Shown: positions 27,459 to 37,961, counted from the stretch's first letter. The stretch: DNA of 64,000 nucleotides from Polyangium sp. (GCA_035437985.1 DAOMZH010000001.1:11575-75574); one strand, 5' to 3'. Program-made: numbers and translations. Notes: generated from the sequence alone by a model not told the origin.

Positions 27459-30400
27459 TCAACCCACCACGAAGTCCATCCCAATCTCCATATACGAAAT
27501 TCCTTGGTATTTTCGTACGTCGTAATGTTCAGCAGTGATTACGTCGATTCGATGCTTCGGGAATGCAACGAGCACTTGGTCTGACTCTTCCGCCTTGACA
27601 CAATATTCGTAAGTGTCTTCAGCAACCGTCGACGACGGGCCAGGTGCAACGTCTGCTGCGGGTCGCACACCGGGCGGACGAATATACGAAAAATTGCTCC
27701 CTTCGTCGTCCGTGTAAAATAACGTAATTCCCGCGACGTAATCGACATAAGGACGGCGATCGACGAAATCGATGATGTTGCTGGCGTGGATTTTCCCTCC
27801 GACCGCAACGTCGACGCCTTCTTCATACGCCCATGGGGAAAGAAAACGATTCAATTCTTCATTGAGTCGGCCCATCCAATAAGAATCGTTTCCAGGTTCA
27901 GCAAACCGCACGCCCAAGCGTACCCGCACCGCTCGAAATGCTGCATTGCGGACGCTCACGTCTACACATGGCGCCGTACGCACACCAAGATACTCTTCAA
28001 TGGTTCGCAGTAGTGGTAAAGGTGCTTTCGGCCCTAGCTCATTCGTGGGAATGATGCGCACGTCAGGTAAAACCAGAACCTCGACGTGTCCGGGGTTGTC
28101 TTCGGGCGCCGGAATGCACTTCGTTTTGAAAATCTCGGGGAACGCATCGAGCACGATGCGTTCGAAATCCCACGTCGACAAGGCGCGCGCTTTGTGCCGC
28201 AATCGTTCACTCACGCGGGTGGAAAACCATTGCTCGTCTTCGGCGAGTCGGCCACCAAATGACGGATCGGGCTGCGTAACCCCCACGATGCCGGCAATGG
28301 GCGTCTCGAGCTTGGCGATCGTCATTGCTGGAAGGGGTTTTCGATAATGCTCGGGGGAATTGTCGCGATCTTCAAAAGCAGCTTCGACCGCCTGTGTATG
28401 CAAGGCACGGGTATCGCATATGCTCGCGTGATCATGCGTCACGCTCGCACACACCCATGTGTATTGGGCCGGCAAGAGAGTATTGGGCGCAGCGTTTGTC
28501 AGGGATAATTCGACAATACCCGAGCGTTGCAAGCCCTGAGTTGCATCGGACAAGACCTGTCGTCCTAGCGGCTTCCATTCATTGCCCGAAAGCTGGCTCC
28601 AGGTAACAATCGGCGCTTCGATATCTCGATCCGCGCTCCCGTCGTCCACTTGCACGAACAAGGTCACTGATTCTGGCGGCACGACGTTGTTCAATCCAAT
28701 CACGAGCGTGCTTTCTTCATCGTATCGCGGCACGAACGGTATACCGGTTTCCGGCGCATTGGCCGCCAATTCCGCCACGCCAAAAGGATGCACGTGATAC
28801 AGTCGATCGAGCAGCTCGGTATTCGTCGGGCGATACAAGAGAATTTCGACGGATGATGAATATTCCAAACTCAAGCTCTTGAGTTTTGGCGTGTAGGGAG
28901 GCCGGACTTGATATTTGGTCACGTCGCCCTTGGTCGTGTCGAGCGCCAATTCGAGGGCCTTTTGCGAAGCAACGATCGAATATACGCGATGCTGGAAATC
29001 CGTCGGTCCGAGCTCCCATTGCACGAATCGTGGCCACGTTGCGATTCGTCCGTCGAGCCCATCGACATTGGTGTATTCCGCAGGGCAGGGATCGACAATC
29101 GAATCGATTCGAATGGGAGTGCGACCGGAGGCGAAAAGATTGGCTGCCGAGGCGAGCACTTTTACGCCCGAAGTATCAATCATCGAAACTTTCGTCGTGA
29201 ACGCGGGTATTGCATTGCTGGCCGTGATCGGATAATTGGCATAGTGGGCCGTCAAGTTCGCTGGCGCCCCCATCCATTCATAAATGAACCCCAACTTCCG
29301 AATTTCTTTCGTCGCGATCTCCGGATGACCCACAGATAGACGTGCACCCGATGTTGGTATGCCCCCGAAAGGCTCGAATGGCTTATTGACGTCCAAAACC
29401 GATTCGTCATTTTCGAGCAACGTCGGCACGAGCCCCGACACGTCGACCTTTAGGTGTGCCGCCCCCACCAGAAGACTCGAAATCTCGCGATAATAAGCAA
29501 TGTATCGATTTTGTGATTCCGACCAAGCGGATTGCATCATGATGCGCATTGCTGGCCAACGCGTGTCCATGCCGTCGGGCGCATTCGGTAACGGGGTGAG
29601 CGCGGGTTCGCCCTCCGCCATTTCGACGACGATTTTCAATCCTGGTGCCGTTTCATTCCAACGTAAATTGGCTTCACCAACCTGTGTCCCGTAAACGCCA
29701 AACCCCGACGCCGTGACATTCGGCTTGAGTCGTCGCCACCCCTTGGCCGTGCTTACTTCGATGACGAGCGGAGAAATGGGAATCGTTCCTTCGTGCTTGC
29801 CAAATGTGCGCGCAAAAAGGTGCTGCATCTGATTGAATTCATAACTCGACGCCGGTCGTCGCAGACCCAGAGTCAGCGTAATCGTCCGTTTGCCTCCAGA
29901 AAGCGCCAGCAATGGTGAGGTTACGACGAACCCAAGCTTTGGAGTAGGTGGCGCCAAAACATCGTGAACGACCGGGGCGCCGAAGGTCGAAAATGGCAGT
30001 TGACCATCGGCATTAGGCGTTCCGCGGCGCGCGAGAACCTTACGCGCGTCCTCGGCGACATGTATGTCGAGCCAAACCGTTTTTTGCGGCTTCCGCTTTC
30101 CGGCGCGCATCACCATGGCGTGCGCAAGCAAATCAATGACGTCGTTCCAGCGCTTGGCATTGTGCGCATCCGTCAGAGCCTTCGAGTCCACCGGTGACAA
30201 GAATGCCGAAAGACGCTCCTCGAGTTCGTCACACTCGTCCGCCAATCGTCGAGCCAGTTCATCCCCAATCGCGGAACCCATATCCACGTCCACCGCATCT
30301 CCAAGGGCGATTTGAAGCATCGCGAGATACGCAACTTCAGCGTTTTCGGGGTGTTTGGTCTGCTCCGTAGCGAGTTTTTTTCGATATTCCCGGCGATGTT

Positions 30401-31649
30401 TGTCGTGGTGTGCCATTTCGAGTACGTTCGACACATACCCGACGTCTCGCTCATAACTCGTGCGCCAATCCGAAGTATCTACTTTGAGTTTTTCAATGAG
30501 CACAGCAAACGCCTCGATATCCATGCCGAAGTAGTCTTCGACCTCGAGAAGCATGTTCCAGTATTGATCGAGCGTCGTGATTTGGACGCCAAGATAAGTT
30601 TCGACGCCGAGCAACGCATTGAAGTCTTGATCGGCCAGCGTGCCACCTTGACGGGGCGCAAATGGGAGCGCATTGGGATTGATGTGTTTGGCCGCGAGGT
30701 CGCGTTGATAGCGAGCTTGTCGCTGCGTGTCGAGTACCGCGTTTCCCGTAGGTTCCTTCAAGCCGACCAACGCCCGCAATTCAGCGAGGGTGAACCCCAA
30801 ACCAGCAGAGCTGAGTTTGACGAGTTTCTGGAGGTTTCGCAGCAATGGATCTAGCGCATCGTCATCGGGGAGCGGGATTGGTGCGCCGTTTGTCCGGGCT
30901 CGCTTGTAGTCGGGTAACGGGTCACCAGGAAGTGGGCGACCATATGCGATGCGAAGCATTTCGAGACGCCCGCCTTCAGAATCGTTCAAATGGTCGAGCC
31001 ATGATTGCGCGATGCTGGTCAGCTTGCGTTCGATAAAAATCGAATGCAATTTGTCGATCCGGGCACGATTGACGATGAGGTTTTTCTCGGTACGATAGAC
31101 GCGATTGCGTCCGAGCGCATCGGCGCCAGCTCCAACAGCCGTTCCCTTGGGAACCAGGACCTGATTTTCTCGCTCGGCCATTTGAAATAGTAGATTCGCC
31201 CGATCCGGAATGGCTTTACGGGCCTCCATTCGCAAAAAGCGCCGAAAATGAAAATCCAGATGCCTCCGCGTGAGGGTATTGACCTCCGCTTGCGCATTTT
31301 GCAACAACCTCAGAAACGCCAGAAAAAGTGTGAAGTGCGGCCGATACAGAGGCGAATATTGGTCCCGGTCGAATTTGTCGGGGGCTTCGAGAAATGCGGC
31401 AACCAATTCTTTCGGAATCGTCCCGATGAATGCCTCGAAGGTTCCAGCATTTTCATTGTTTTCGTTGAAATAAACCAGCCTTTTTCCAAATTCGCGCGCA
31501 AATTCTACGAAATCTTCGGGGGTCCGCTCGTCCACGGATACGTACTCGGGCGCGAGCGCTTCCGTAATTCGTCCGGGTTGGCTCGTCCCATCGCGAGGGA
31601 ACTTGTTCGCGTCAATCCAGTTTGTTGCAGTATCTGTTTGCGTTGGCAT
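27459..31649 (-). CDS. eCIS giant baseplate wedge protein (Afp11/Cis11 position; baseplate-J-like)
   Basis: 1396 aa, immediately after the spike-tip gene. The C-terminal module (FPEIFKTKCIPAPEDNPGHVEVLVLP...VSVRNAAFRAVRVRLGVRF...LSPWAYEEG) resembles the baseplate-J fold pattern. Confidence 0.7.
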   Translation of the reverse strand: MPTQTDTATNWIDANKFPRDGTSQPGRITEALAPEYVSVDERTPEDFVEFAREFGKRLVYFNENNENAGTFEAFIGTIPKELVAAFLEAPDKFDRDQYSPLYRPHFTLFLAFLRLLQNAQAEVNTLTRRHLDFHFRRFLRMEARKAIPDRANLLFQMAERENQVLVPKGTAVGAGADALGRNRVYRTEKNLIVNRARIDKLHSIFIERKLTSIAQSWLDHLNDSEGGRLEMLRIAYGRPLPGDPLPDYKRARTNGAPIPLPDDDALDPLLRNLQKLVKLSSAGLGFTLAELRALVGLKEPTGNAVLDTQRQARYQRDLAAKHINPNALPFAPRQGGTLADQDFNALLGVETYLGVQITTLDQYWNMLLEVEDYFGMDIEAFAVLIEKLKVDTSDWRTSYERDVGYVSNVLEMAHHDKHRREYRKKLATEQTKHPENAEVAYLAMLQIALGDAVDVDMGSAIGDELARRLADECDELEERLSAFLSPVDSKALTDAHNAKRWNDVIDLLAHAMVMRAGKRKPQKTVWLDIHVAEDARKVLARRGTPNADGQLPFSTFGAPVVHDVLAPPTPKLGFVVTSPLLALSGGKRTITLTLGLRRPASSYEFNQMQHLFARTFGKHEGTIPISPLVIEVSTAKGWRRLKPNVTASGFGVYGTQVGEANLRWNETAPGLKIVVEMAEGEPALTPLPNAPDGMDTRWPAMRIMMQSAWSESQNRYIAYYREISSLLVGAAHLKVDVSGLVPTLLENDESVLDVNKPFEPFGGIPTSGARLSVGHPEIATKEIRKLGFIYEWMGAPANLTAHYANYPITASNAIPAFTTKVSMIDTSGVKVLASAANLFASGRTPIRIDSIVDPCPAEYTNVDGLDGRIATWPRFVQWELGPTDFQHRVYSIVASQKALELALDTTKGDVTKYQVRPPYTPKLKSLSLEYSSSVEILLYRPTNTELLDRLYHVHPFGVAELAANAPETGIPFVPRYDEESTLVIGLNNVVPPESVTLFVQVDDGSADRDIEAPIVTWSQLSGNEWKPLGRQVLSDATQGLQRSGIVELSLTNAAPNTLLPAQYTWVCASVTHDHASICDTRALHTQAVEAAFEDRDNSPEHYRKPLPAMTIAKLETPIAGIVGVTQPDPSFGGRLAEDEQWFSTRVSERLRHKARALSTWDFERIVLDAFPEIFKTKCIPAPEDNPGHVEVLVLPDVRIIPTNELGPKAPLPLLRTIEEYLGVRTAPCVDVSVRNAAFRAVRVRLGVRFAEPGNDSYWMGRLNEELNRFLSPWAYEEGVDVAVGGKIHASNIIDFVDRRPYVDYVAGITLFYTDDEGSNFSYIRPPGVRPAADVAPGPSSTVAEDTYEYCVKAEESDQVLVAFPKHRIDVITAEHYDVRKYQGISYMEIGMDFVVG

Positions 31650-31676
31650 GGCGCTCGCTCACCTCGCTCTAATGCG

Positions 31677-32099
31677 TCACGTAGCCTGAAACTTGTCGTT
31701 TTTCGTGGCGAATCGCCCCGTACCATAATGAATGACGGTAGTATCCGTCGTAGTGCTCGGCGGCGGTTGCGTGGCTGGCACGAGCACTTCGAATCGCGCT
31801 GTGAATACTCCCCCCTTGAGCAAAACGGGTTTGTTGCCGGAGTTTGTCTTTGTCGCAATCTGATTGACCGCGAGCGTGTCGATTTTCAGCATTCCCGTCC
31901 CCTTGGTGCTATGTGTCGCCGTTAGATACGTGCATTGAACCGCGACGGTGGCCTCGTCACCGGTGACACAAAACTGCGTGCTCTTTAATGTCGCTGGGCC
32001 GCTCGCTTTGATATTGCCCGGACGAACGTCCACGACAGCGGCTCCAAAATTGGAATCGAAAAGCACTTCATCGTCGTTGATTAAAATGAAATCGCCCAT
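31677..32099 (-). CDS. eCIS spike-tip protein (Afp10/Cis10 position, PAAR-like by position)
   Basis: 140-aa beta-rich protein directly after the gp25-like gene. No canonical PAAR motif seen, so the call rests on size and position. Confidence 0.5.
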   Translation of the reverse strand: MGDFILINDDEVLFDSNFGAAVVDVRPGNIKASGPATLKSTQFCVTGDEATVAVQCTYLTATHSTKGTGMLKIDTLAVNQIATKTNSGNKPVLLKGGVFTARFEVLVPATQPPPSTTTDTTVIHYGTGRFATKNDKFQAT

Positions 32100-32116
32100 G
32101 AGAAAGCCCTTCCGCC

Positions 32117-32551
32117 TTAGGTGACCGGGATGCTCGCCTCCGTGAGGTAGAATGGAAACACCAGATTGAACCGCGAATTCGTGGCGCGAATCGTATAGAC
32201 GACGCTCACGTCGAAACGTCCCTCGAGGCGATCGCCTTCATTCACGTCCACGCGATCGAGCGTGACGCGTGGTTCATGCTCGACGATCGCGTCCGTAATC
32301 GTCCGCTGAATGCGACTGATGAGCAGATTGTCGGCTTCTTCGAAGAGCAGACCAGCCAAATCGCAACCGAACGATTCTCGCATGACTCGTTCGCCACGCA
32401 TGGTCCCTAGCAAAATGCGAATACTCTGCTCGATGTCGGCGGCGTTCGAGACCATTTCGACTTCCTCGCCGCCTTTCGTGAATCGTGGAGGAAATGAAAA
32501 GCCACGACCAAGAAAATCCTGTCCACCTCCAGATGCATTCGAGCTGCTCAT
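32117..32551 (-). CDS. eCIS baseplate protein, GPW/gp25 family (Afp9/Cis9)
   Basis: GRGFSFPPRF...DIEQSIRILLGTMRGERVMRESFGCDL is the gp25/TssE-like signature. The start overlaps the spike gene stop by 4 nt. Confidence 0.85.
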   Translation of the reverse strand: MSSSNASGGGQDFLGRGFSFPPRFTKGGEEVEMVSNAADIEQSIRILLGTMRGERVMRESFGCDLAGLLFEEADNLLISRIQRTITDAIVEHEPRVTLDRVDVNEGDRLEGRFDVSVVYTIRATNSRFNLVFPFYLTEASIPVT

Positions 32552-34173
32552 TGCACGTCCACCTTTGCTCCTTTGATGACCACGTTACCCGTCCCAGCGT
32601 CGATCGTGATCCCCTTGGAATCCAAAGTAATCTTATGCCCATGTTGATCGGTCAGGCATATACTTGCAGATGTGTCGTCAATGAAGACTTTGTTTTTGGC
32701 GGGAGTCTCGATGGTGACGGAAGGTTTGTCCGTATCGCCGAAAACGACCGAAACGCCCTTGTTCGTCACAATGCCTTTGGAATCATTCTGGGCGCTTGGA
32801 GCCTTGATTGCAGCCGGCGCGGTGTTTTTCGAGCCAAACAACGAGCCCAGAATGACCGGATGCCGTGGATCATCGTGAAGAAAACCGACGACGACTTCAT
32901 CGCCTTCTTGAGGTCGAAAGAAAAATCCGCGATTTTTACCGGCTTCCGGCGTAGCGAGTCGCGCCCAAATCGCTCCAGTCGATTTCTCGTCCACACCCGG
33001 CAGAATCACTTTGACTCGCAATTCGCGGTGCGGATCCACCTCGAATGCCGCGACGGTCCCAATTTGCAAACCCCGCGATGGAGGCAAAAGGCCGCGCGCT
33101 GCAACGTCGACGATATCTTCACGTTCACAGGCTCGTTCGGGAGTCAGTCCAAATTGCACGTCCGTGCGCCAACCATTTGCGTCGTAGGTATGACAAATGC
33201 CTGTGACGAACGTTTTGCCATTGAATCGATTGCCGATTCCCCGGAGCTCAATGGGATCGAGCAGGTTGATGTTTCCTTTTCCCTCGAATGCCATACGTCC
33301 GCGGAGCGTCGAATAGTGACTCCTTGACAAACGCGCATCGGCCCACGCTTGCAATTCACCTTCGTCAGCCGGTACTGGGTGCGAAAGTGTACACGTTTTA
33401 CGGGCCACGGCATTCGCTAGGTCAGCTGCCTTGAGGTTTCCAGGAAGCGCGGGTTTGACCTTGCTGGGAACTTTTGGGTCGGTCACTGCGACACGCTTAG
33501 GATCCCACGCCGCGCTCTGCACTTCAGCATATGGGTGCATTGCATTCGCCTCGAACTCGAAATCGAGAATTTCGTCGACACCCCAATTTAGGATGAGCGC
33601 ATCTTTCGTGGAATCCCCGGCCATTGGCAATACCGATACCTTACCCAGCTCGACCTTGACCAGCCGTCCATTGGCTTCAGCGCGTAAAATCAAAAAGTCC
33701 CAGGCACTGCAATCATATTGCACCATGTTGGGATGCGCATATTGCGTCGCTTCGATTCTCCCAATGCTCACGCGCGCCTGATTGAGCAGGCTCGTCATGA
33801 TCTGGTCGTCGGTTTTTTCTGTGTATACCGCGCTTTGCCGAATCCCCGTGAGCTTGACTGCGTCGTCCTTCAATCCGATGACGAGCGCCGAACCATCCGC
33901 ATTGGCTTCCACCGTGTGTCTGACGACGATTCCTTTGAACAGAATAAAGTCGTCTTTCCCTTCGTACCGGAGCTTGATCGTGATTTTCGCCCCCGGGGCA
34001 AAAAAAGCCGCATTGCTTCGCTCGAAAACTTGTTTAGCGGCATTGCCGTCAATGAGCCGAATTTCTGCACTCGGAATGCGATTGACCTCCGAACGAATGT
34101 CGATCGACAGGAGCTCGTACTCCTGGGGCATCGGTGTATCGTCACTCAATATCGTCGGTGTCGCGACGGACAT
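32548..34173 (-). CDS. eCIS spike, VgrG/phage gpD-gp5-like (Afp8/Cis8)
   Basis: 541 aa. The N-terminal gpD-like region is followed by FFRPQEGDEVVVGFLHDDPRHPVILGSLF (gp5 OB-fold motif) and a short beta-helix tail. Confidence 0.85.
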   Translation of the reverse strand: MSVATPTILSDDTPMPQEYELLSIDIRSEVNRIPSAEIRLIDGNAAKQVFERSNAAFFAPGAKITIKLRYEGKDDFILFKGIVVRHTVEANADGSALVIGLKDDAVKLTGIRQSAVYTEKTDDQIMTSLLNQARVSIGRIEATQYAHPNMVQYDCSAWDFLILRAEANGRLVKVELGKVSVLPMAGDSTKDALILNWGVDEILDFEFEANAMHPYAEVQSAAWDPKRVAVTDPKVPSKVKPALPGNLKAADLANAVARKTCTLSHPVPADEGELQAWADARLSRSHYSTLRGRMAFEGKGNINLLDPIELRGIGNRFNGKTFVTGICHTYDANGWRTDVQFGLTPERACEREDIVDVAARGLLPPSRGLQIGTVAAFEVDPHRELRVKVILPGVDEKSTGAIWARLATPEAGKNRGFFFRPQEGDEVVVGFLHDDPRHPVILGSLFGSKNTAPAAIKAPSAQNDSKGIVTNKGVSVVFGDTDKPSVTIETPAKNKVFIDDTSASICLTDQHGHKITLDSKGITIDAGTGNVVIKGAKVDVQ

Positions 34174-34178
34174 GAAGG

Positions 34179-34922
34179 CTAACCTCGTACCTTGGTTTCT
34201 TCGTCTAACGTGGCAACTGGCGGAAAGAGCAGCTCCTGGCCGGTCGTCAACTGCCGAAAATCATCGAGTCCATTAAATCGAGCTACGTCAAGATATCGAT
34301 CGGGCGAGCCATAAATCGATGTCGTTAGCAGGGGTAACGTATCGCCCGCGCGCACGGTGCGCGAATGCGTCATGTCCGGCGACATTCTATTGGCAATGAT
34401 GGCCGATTTTTCGGGAGCCGGATCGGCATGCAGCATGATGCGCAGTTCCGCACGTAATGGCGAACCATCGCGGTCGAACATCGTGTATTTGATGTCGAGT
34501 TTGCAGAGGCGGCAATCGAATTGGTCCATTGCGCCCCAGGAAAGGCGCAAATGCCGCGGTTGATGCTCGGCTCCGTGATAATCGTAGGCGGTTTTTTGAA
34601 AATCCTTGACTCGATCGAGAACACTCTTCCGCCGACCCCGGAGCATGTCCGTTGCCGTGCCCAAACCGGTGCTCTCGACACCAGTTCCATCGAGAATGAG
34701 CGTAATCGACAGCTCGGTGGGCTCGGTATATGAATACTTTTGCACGGGCGCAGGCGAATTGACTGCGCGTGATTTCGTCAGCTTGATCTCGTAATGCCAT
34801 TCCAACTCCGTCGGATTGAACATGGCTTCGAACGATTCGGCCGCGCGTTCATTATCTTTGCGCGTGATTTTGGTAAATGACTCGAATTTCAGCTTTTCGA
34901 GTTTGAAAATATTGAGGCCCAT
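34179..34922 (-). CDS. eCIS tube-initiator/LysM protein (Afp7/Cis7)
   Basis: The C-terminal LysM-like motif HSRTVRAGDTLPLLTTSIYGSPDRYLDVARFNGLDDFRQLTTGQELLFP follows a tube-like N-terminal half. ATG 34922 lies 2 nt after the upstream stop. Confidence 0.8.
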   Translation of the reverse strand: MGLNIFKLEKLKFESFTKITRKDNERAAESFEAMFNPTELEWHYEIKLTKSRAVNSPAPVQKYSYTEPTELSITLILDGTGVESTGLGTATDMLRGRRKSVLDRVKDFQKTAYDYHGAEHQPRHLRLSWGAMDQFDCRLCKLDIKYTMFDRDGSPLRAELRIMLHADPAPEKSAIIANRMSPDMTHSRTVRAGDTLPLLTTSIYGSPDRYLDVARFNGLDDFRQLTTGQELLFPPVATLDEETKVRG

Positions 34923-34924
34923 GG

Positions 34925-35098
34925 CTACCGTTCCTTCGAATGCTTCAAAATGCGGAGCACTTCTTTCACGGCGAGGCGCACGATGGCGTCCCGATCGACT
35001 TCGGTGAGGGCCACGCAATCGTTCGCAGGCTCGTTACCTTCGTCGTCCTTGACCACCGCACGAATGACGAGTTCTTTGATCTCGACGGGCATCGTCAT
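34925..35098 (-). CDS. Small eCIS protein, DUF5908/Afp6-like (57 aa)
   Basis: MTMPVEIKELVIRAVV... matches the conserved start of the ~55-aa CIS protein family. ATG overlaps the upstream stop (ATGA at 35095-35098). Confidence 0.7.
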   Translation of the reverse strand: MTMPVEIKELVIRAVVKDDEGNEPANDCVALTEVDRDAIVRLAVKEVLRILKHSKER

Positions 35099-35538
35099 AT
35101 CCTCATGATGTGCATTCGTGAATACGCGAGTTCGATCGTGTCGATGAGTATTTCCTTCTTGTTTGCATCGAGTTCCGATGTGGACCACTTGACCGGATAG
35201 GCTTTGTAGAAAAACCACGCCGAAATGGGAGCGTACGATTCGTTGAACAAGGTTACGATCACATTCGATGGGGAAAACCTGAACAGCGATAATGCGGCAT
35301 TGATTTCTGCATTCAAGAGCGAACCTACGACGAGCCCACGTTCCAGGACCAAATTGTCGTACGAAATGCCTGCTGGCGCCTTGTGCGTATAAAGGTTTTG
35401 TCCACCTTCGGGGATGTCGACCGTTTTTATCGTTGCCGACAAACCACTCACCTTTTGAAATCGCGTGTCGAGCGGATTGGGAATACCACCGCCCGTCAAA
35501 AATAGGACACCGAACCTGAACGCCAAGGGCGCGTCCAT
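35095..35538 (-). CDS. eCIS tube-like protein 3 (Afp5/Cis5 position)
   Basis: 147 aa. FRFGVLF...RFQKVSGLSATIKTVDIPEGG follows the T4 gp19-like tube pattern (f.v.i...f..vsGl). Only in-frame ATG downstream of the preceding gene. Confidence 0.7.
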   Translation of the reverse strand: MDAPLAFRFGVLFLTGGGIPNPLDTRFQKVSGLSATIKTVDIPEGGQNLYTHKAPAGISYDNLVLERGLVVGSLLNAEINAALSLFRFSPSNVIVTLFNESYAPISAWFFYKAYPVKWSTSELDANKKEILIDTIELAYSRMHIMRI

Positions 35539-35590
35539 GATGGTTTGGGACGCATTGACCTCGCCTAGTTTTTCATTGGCCGCAGCGTAC

Positions 35591-36028
35591 CTAGAGCTTG
35601 ACAAGGGACACCCCTCTCGCCTGGACTTCCAGAACGTCGATGACCACGTCGTTCGTATTGGCAGCAAACGTTGGCGCCGATAGTTTTACCGGAATCGCAT
35701 GGGCAATCTTCCAAGCCATGACGGCATTCCCGTCAGGATTGCAGAGCTGCACCTCCAACGTGCGAAGTTCCTTTTTCCGTAACCACTCATAAAGAAACGT
35801 CGGCGAAGAATTGAGAATCATGCCCCTTTTCATCGTGATCGGAGCAAATTCGTCGAAATGGAAAGTATCGATTTGCTCGCCTTCCCAGAAACTCAGCCCA
35901 TGCCGGTAAACCACGTGTTGATATGCTAGCTCGATGCCCGTGACTTCCGTGAAATTGATCGTATTGGGACCAACCTGAACGCGGAAATTATATGCAGCAA
36001 GCGGATATGGGCGCGAATCTGCCGGCAT
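35591..36028 (-). CDS. eCIS tube protein 2 (Afp1/Cis1 paralog)
   Basis: MPADSRPYPLAAYNFRVQVGPNTINFTEVTGIELAYQ parallels tube protein 1. GGAG lies 3 nt before ATG 36028. Confidence 0.8.
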   Translation of the reverse strand: MPADSRPYPLAAYNFRVQVGPNTINFTEVTGIELAYQHVVYRHGLSFWEGEQIDTFHFDEFAPITMKRGMILNSSPTFLYEWLRKKELRTLEVQLCNPDGNAVMAWKIAHAIPVKLSAPTFAANTNDVVIDVLEVQARGVSLVKL

Positions 36029-36100
36029 GGTCTCCGTTTCCTTCCATTGATTCGTGCCGCCCGTCCAACGAGCGACACGAATCACTGCGAAGCCCCGTTT

Positions 36101-36574
36101 TCAATTCTCCGAAATGAGCACGTCATCGGCCATGAGCGTCATGGATTCGATTGCTGCATCATTCGAGGTCGCGCTGAACGTTGGCGCATCGAGCTGCGTC
36201 GGGAACGCGTTCACCACGGTCCACGTGATTACGGGTTTGCCCTCCTCGTCGAGCAAGCGGATGTAAATCTCCTTCTTCTCGACCTGATTCGTCTTGACCG
36301 TCTTGATCCATTGGTATAACTTCGCCAAACTCGCCACGCGCACGACACCTTTTTTGATCGTGAGCGTCGTGGCGGTCGCTTGCGCCGGCATATACATGAC
36401 GACAGGCCCCGCCTTTTTCGTATCGGACGGGCTTTCCTTGTATGTCGTCGTGTCGAACTTGATGTTGAGCCCGGAAATCTCGGTACAACTCACCGTATCG
36501 TTGCCAATTTCGACCCGATAGTTGTACGAAGGAAGTGGATAGGCTGTCTTGATTTCGCCCGCTGAAAGTGCCAT
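36101..36574 (-). CDS. eCIS tube protein 1 (Afp1/Cis1, T4 gp19-like)
   Basis: AYPLPSYNYRVEIGNDTVSCTEISGLNIKFDTTTYKE is the classic inner-tube signature. Starts 4 nt after the sheath gene stop. Confidence 0.85.
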   Translation of the reverse strand: MALSAGEIKTAYPLPSYNYRVEIGNDTVSCTEISGLNIKFDTTTYKESPSDTKKAGPVVMYMPAQATATTLTIKKGVVRVASLAKLYQWIKTVKTNQVEKKEIYIRLLDEEGKPVITWTVVNAFPTQLDAPTFSATSNDAAIESMTLMADDVLISEN

Positions 36575-36577
36575 GGC

Positions 36578-37936
36578 TCATGCCTCCTGGAGCTTGTGCG
36601 AGAATTGCAGCACGATGAATTCGGCGGGACGAACCGCAGCCACACCGATCTTGACGATCATGCGACCCTCCAGAATGTCCTGGGTGGTCATTGTTTTGCC
36701 GAGACCAACCTCGACGAAATATGCCGTTTCGGGTGTTGAGCCAGCCAACGCGCCGCGCTCCCAAAGGCCATACAAGAAACTTTCGATCATGCCTTTGACT
36801 TTGAGCCAGGTACCGACGTCATTGGGCTCGAAAACAGCAAAACCCGTCGATTTCTGCGCGGATTCCTCGATCATCACGAAGAGCCTGCGGACCGGAACGT
36901 ACCGCCATTCATTGTCATTGCCCGCGAGCGTTCGGGCGCCCCATACGAGCGTGCCTTTGCCCGTGAATGCGCGAATCGCATTGATGGACTTGCCACCCGT
37001 AGGATCGACATTGAGGCTTTCCTGATCGGTGTTGTTGATTTTCGTCGTTGGGCCAATGACCGCCGACAAACTCACGTTGGCAGGAGCTTTCCACACGCCG
37101 CGATCGCGATCGACTCGGGCGTAAATACCAGCCATTGCTGCGCTCGGCGGCAGTACGAGCCGTTCGCTGCCAATGATGGTTTTCAATTGCTGGTAAAGGC
37201 CAGTCTCCGTGCTCCGCAATGCGTCGAGTGTCGTCATTACCTTCGTCGCTGTACGGTTGTCCGTGATGGTCACGCCGGCGTCTGTGTAATATGGCTTGAG
37301 CGTCGTTTCGACGTACGGATAATACGCCGCGCCGTAGCTCAATGCGTCCGTACCAATGCCCGTGCGGAAGTCCCGCGTCGATACATCCGTATTCGCGCCA
37401 TTGTTGGTAACGGTGTCCGGAGCTTCCTTCACATCGATGATGGCAAAACGATCGCCCATCTTCTTGCAATGCCCGAGTACGGCTTGACAAACGGTGTAAT
37501 AATCGGTTGCCCCAAGCCCGATCGCGTCGGTCGCTACGACCAGCGTCGGTTCATCCTCTTTTTCGAGGCGCGCGAGTGCGGCCGTGAAATGGTCCGCCGT
37601 GCGCGTATCGGTCAAACTTCCGACCGACACGATGTAGCAAGCGCCTCCACCATTTTTGAAATAATGGTCGACGGCATGATGCAACAAATACGTACTTGGA
37701 GTGACCTTGACGTCGGGAACAGCGCCCGCTGCCAATGTCACTGCAATGGTAGCCGATTTCGGTCCACCGAAGACTTGCTCGTACTCGAGCAGCGTGCTCA
37801 CACGCGCAATGGTATTCGATGCCTTCTCGGTGTATCCGAGAAACGCTGGTATCGCAGTCGAAACTTCGGCTACCGAAGGAGGTAGGGACGAAATCTCTTC
37901 CACGTAGACACCGGGGGTTTTGTATGCAGCTGGCAT
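36578..37936 (-). CDS. eCIS contractile sheath protein (Afp2-4/Cis2)
   Basis: MPAAYKTPGVYVEEISSLPPSVAEVSTAIPAFLGYTEKA is the canonical tail-sheath N-terminus. C-terminus GKGTLVWGARTLAGNDNEWRYVPVRRL. 452 aa. Confidence 0.9.
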   Translation of the reverse strand: MPAAYKTPGVYVEEISSLPPSVAEVSTAIPAFLGYTEKASNTIARVSTLLEYEQVFGGPKSATIAVTLAAGAVPDVKVTPSTYLLHHAVDHYFKNGGGACYIVSVGSLTDTRTADHFTAALARLEKEDEPTLVVATDAIGLGATDYYTVCQAVLGHCKKMGDRFAIIDVKEAPDTVTNNGANTDVSTRDFRTGIGTDALSYGAAYYPYVETTLKPYYTDAGVTITDNRTATKVMTTLDALRSTETGLYQQLKTIIGSERLVLPPSAAMAGIYARVDRDRGVWKAPANVSLSAVIGPTTKINNTDQESLNVDPTGGKSINAIRAFTGKGTLVWGARTLAGNDNEWRYVPVRRLFVMIEESAQKSTGFAVFEPNDVGTWLKVKGMIESFLYGLWERGALAGSTPETAYFVEVGLGKTMTTQDILEGRMIVKIGVAAVRPAEFIVLQFSHKLQEA

Positions 37937-37961
37937 TGTTCCTCGATTGTCGATGGCGGGT

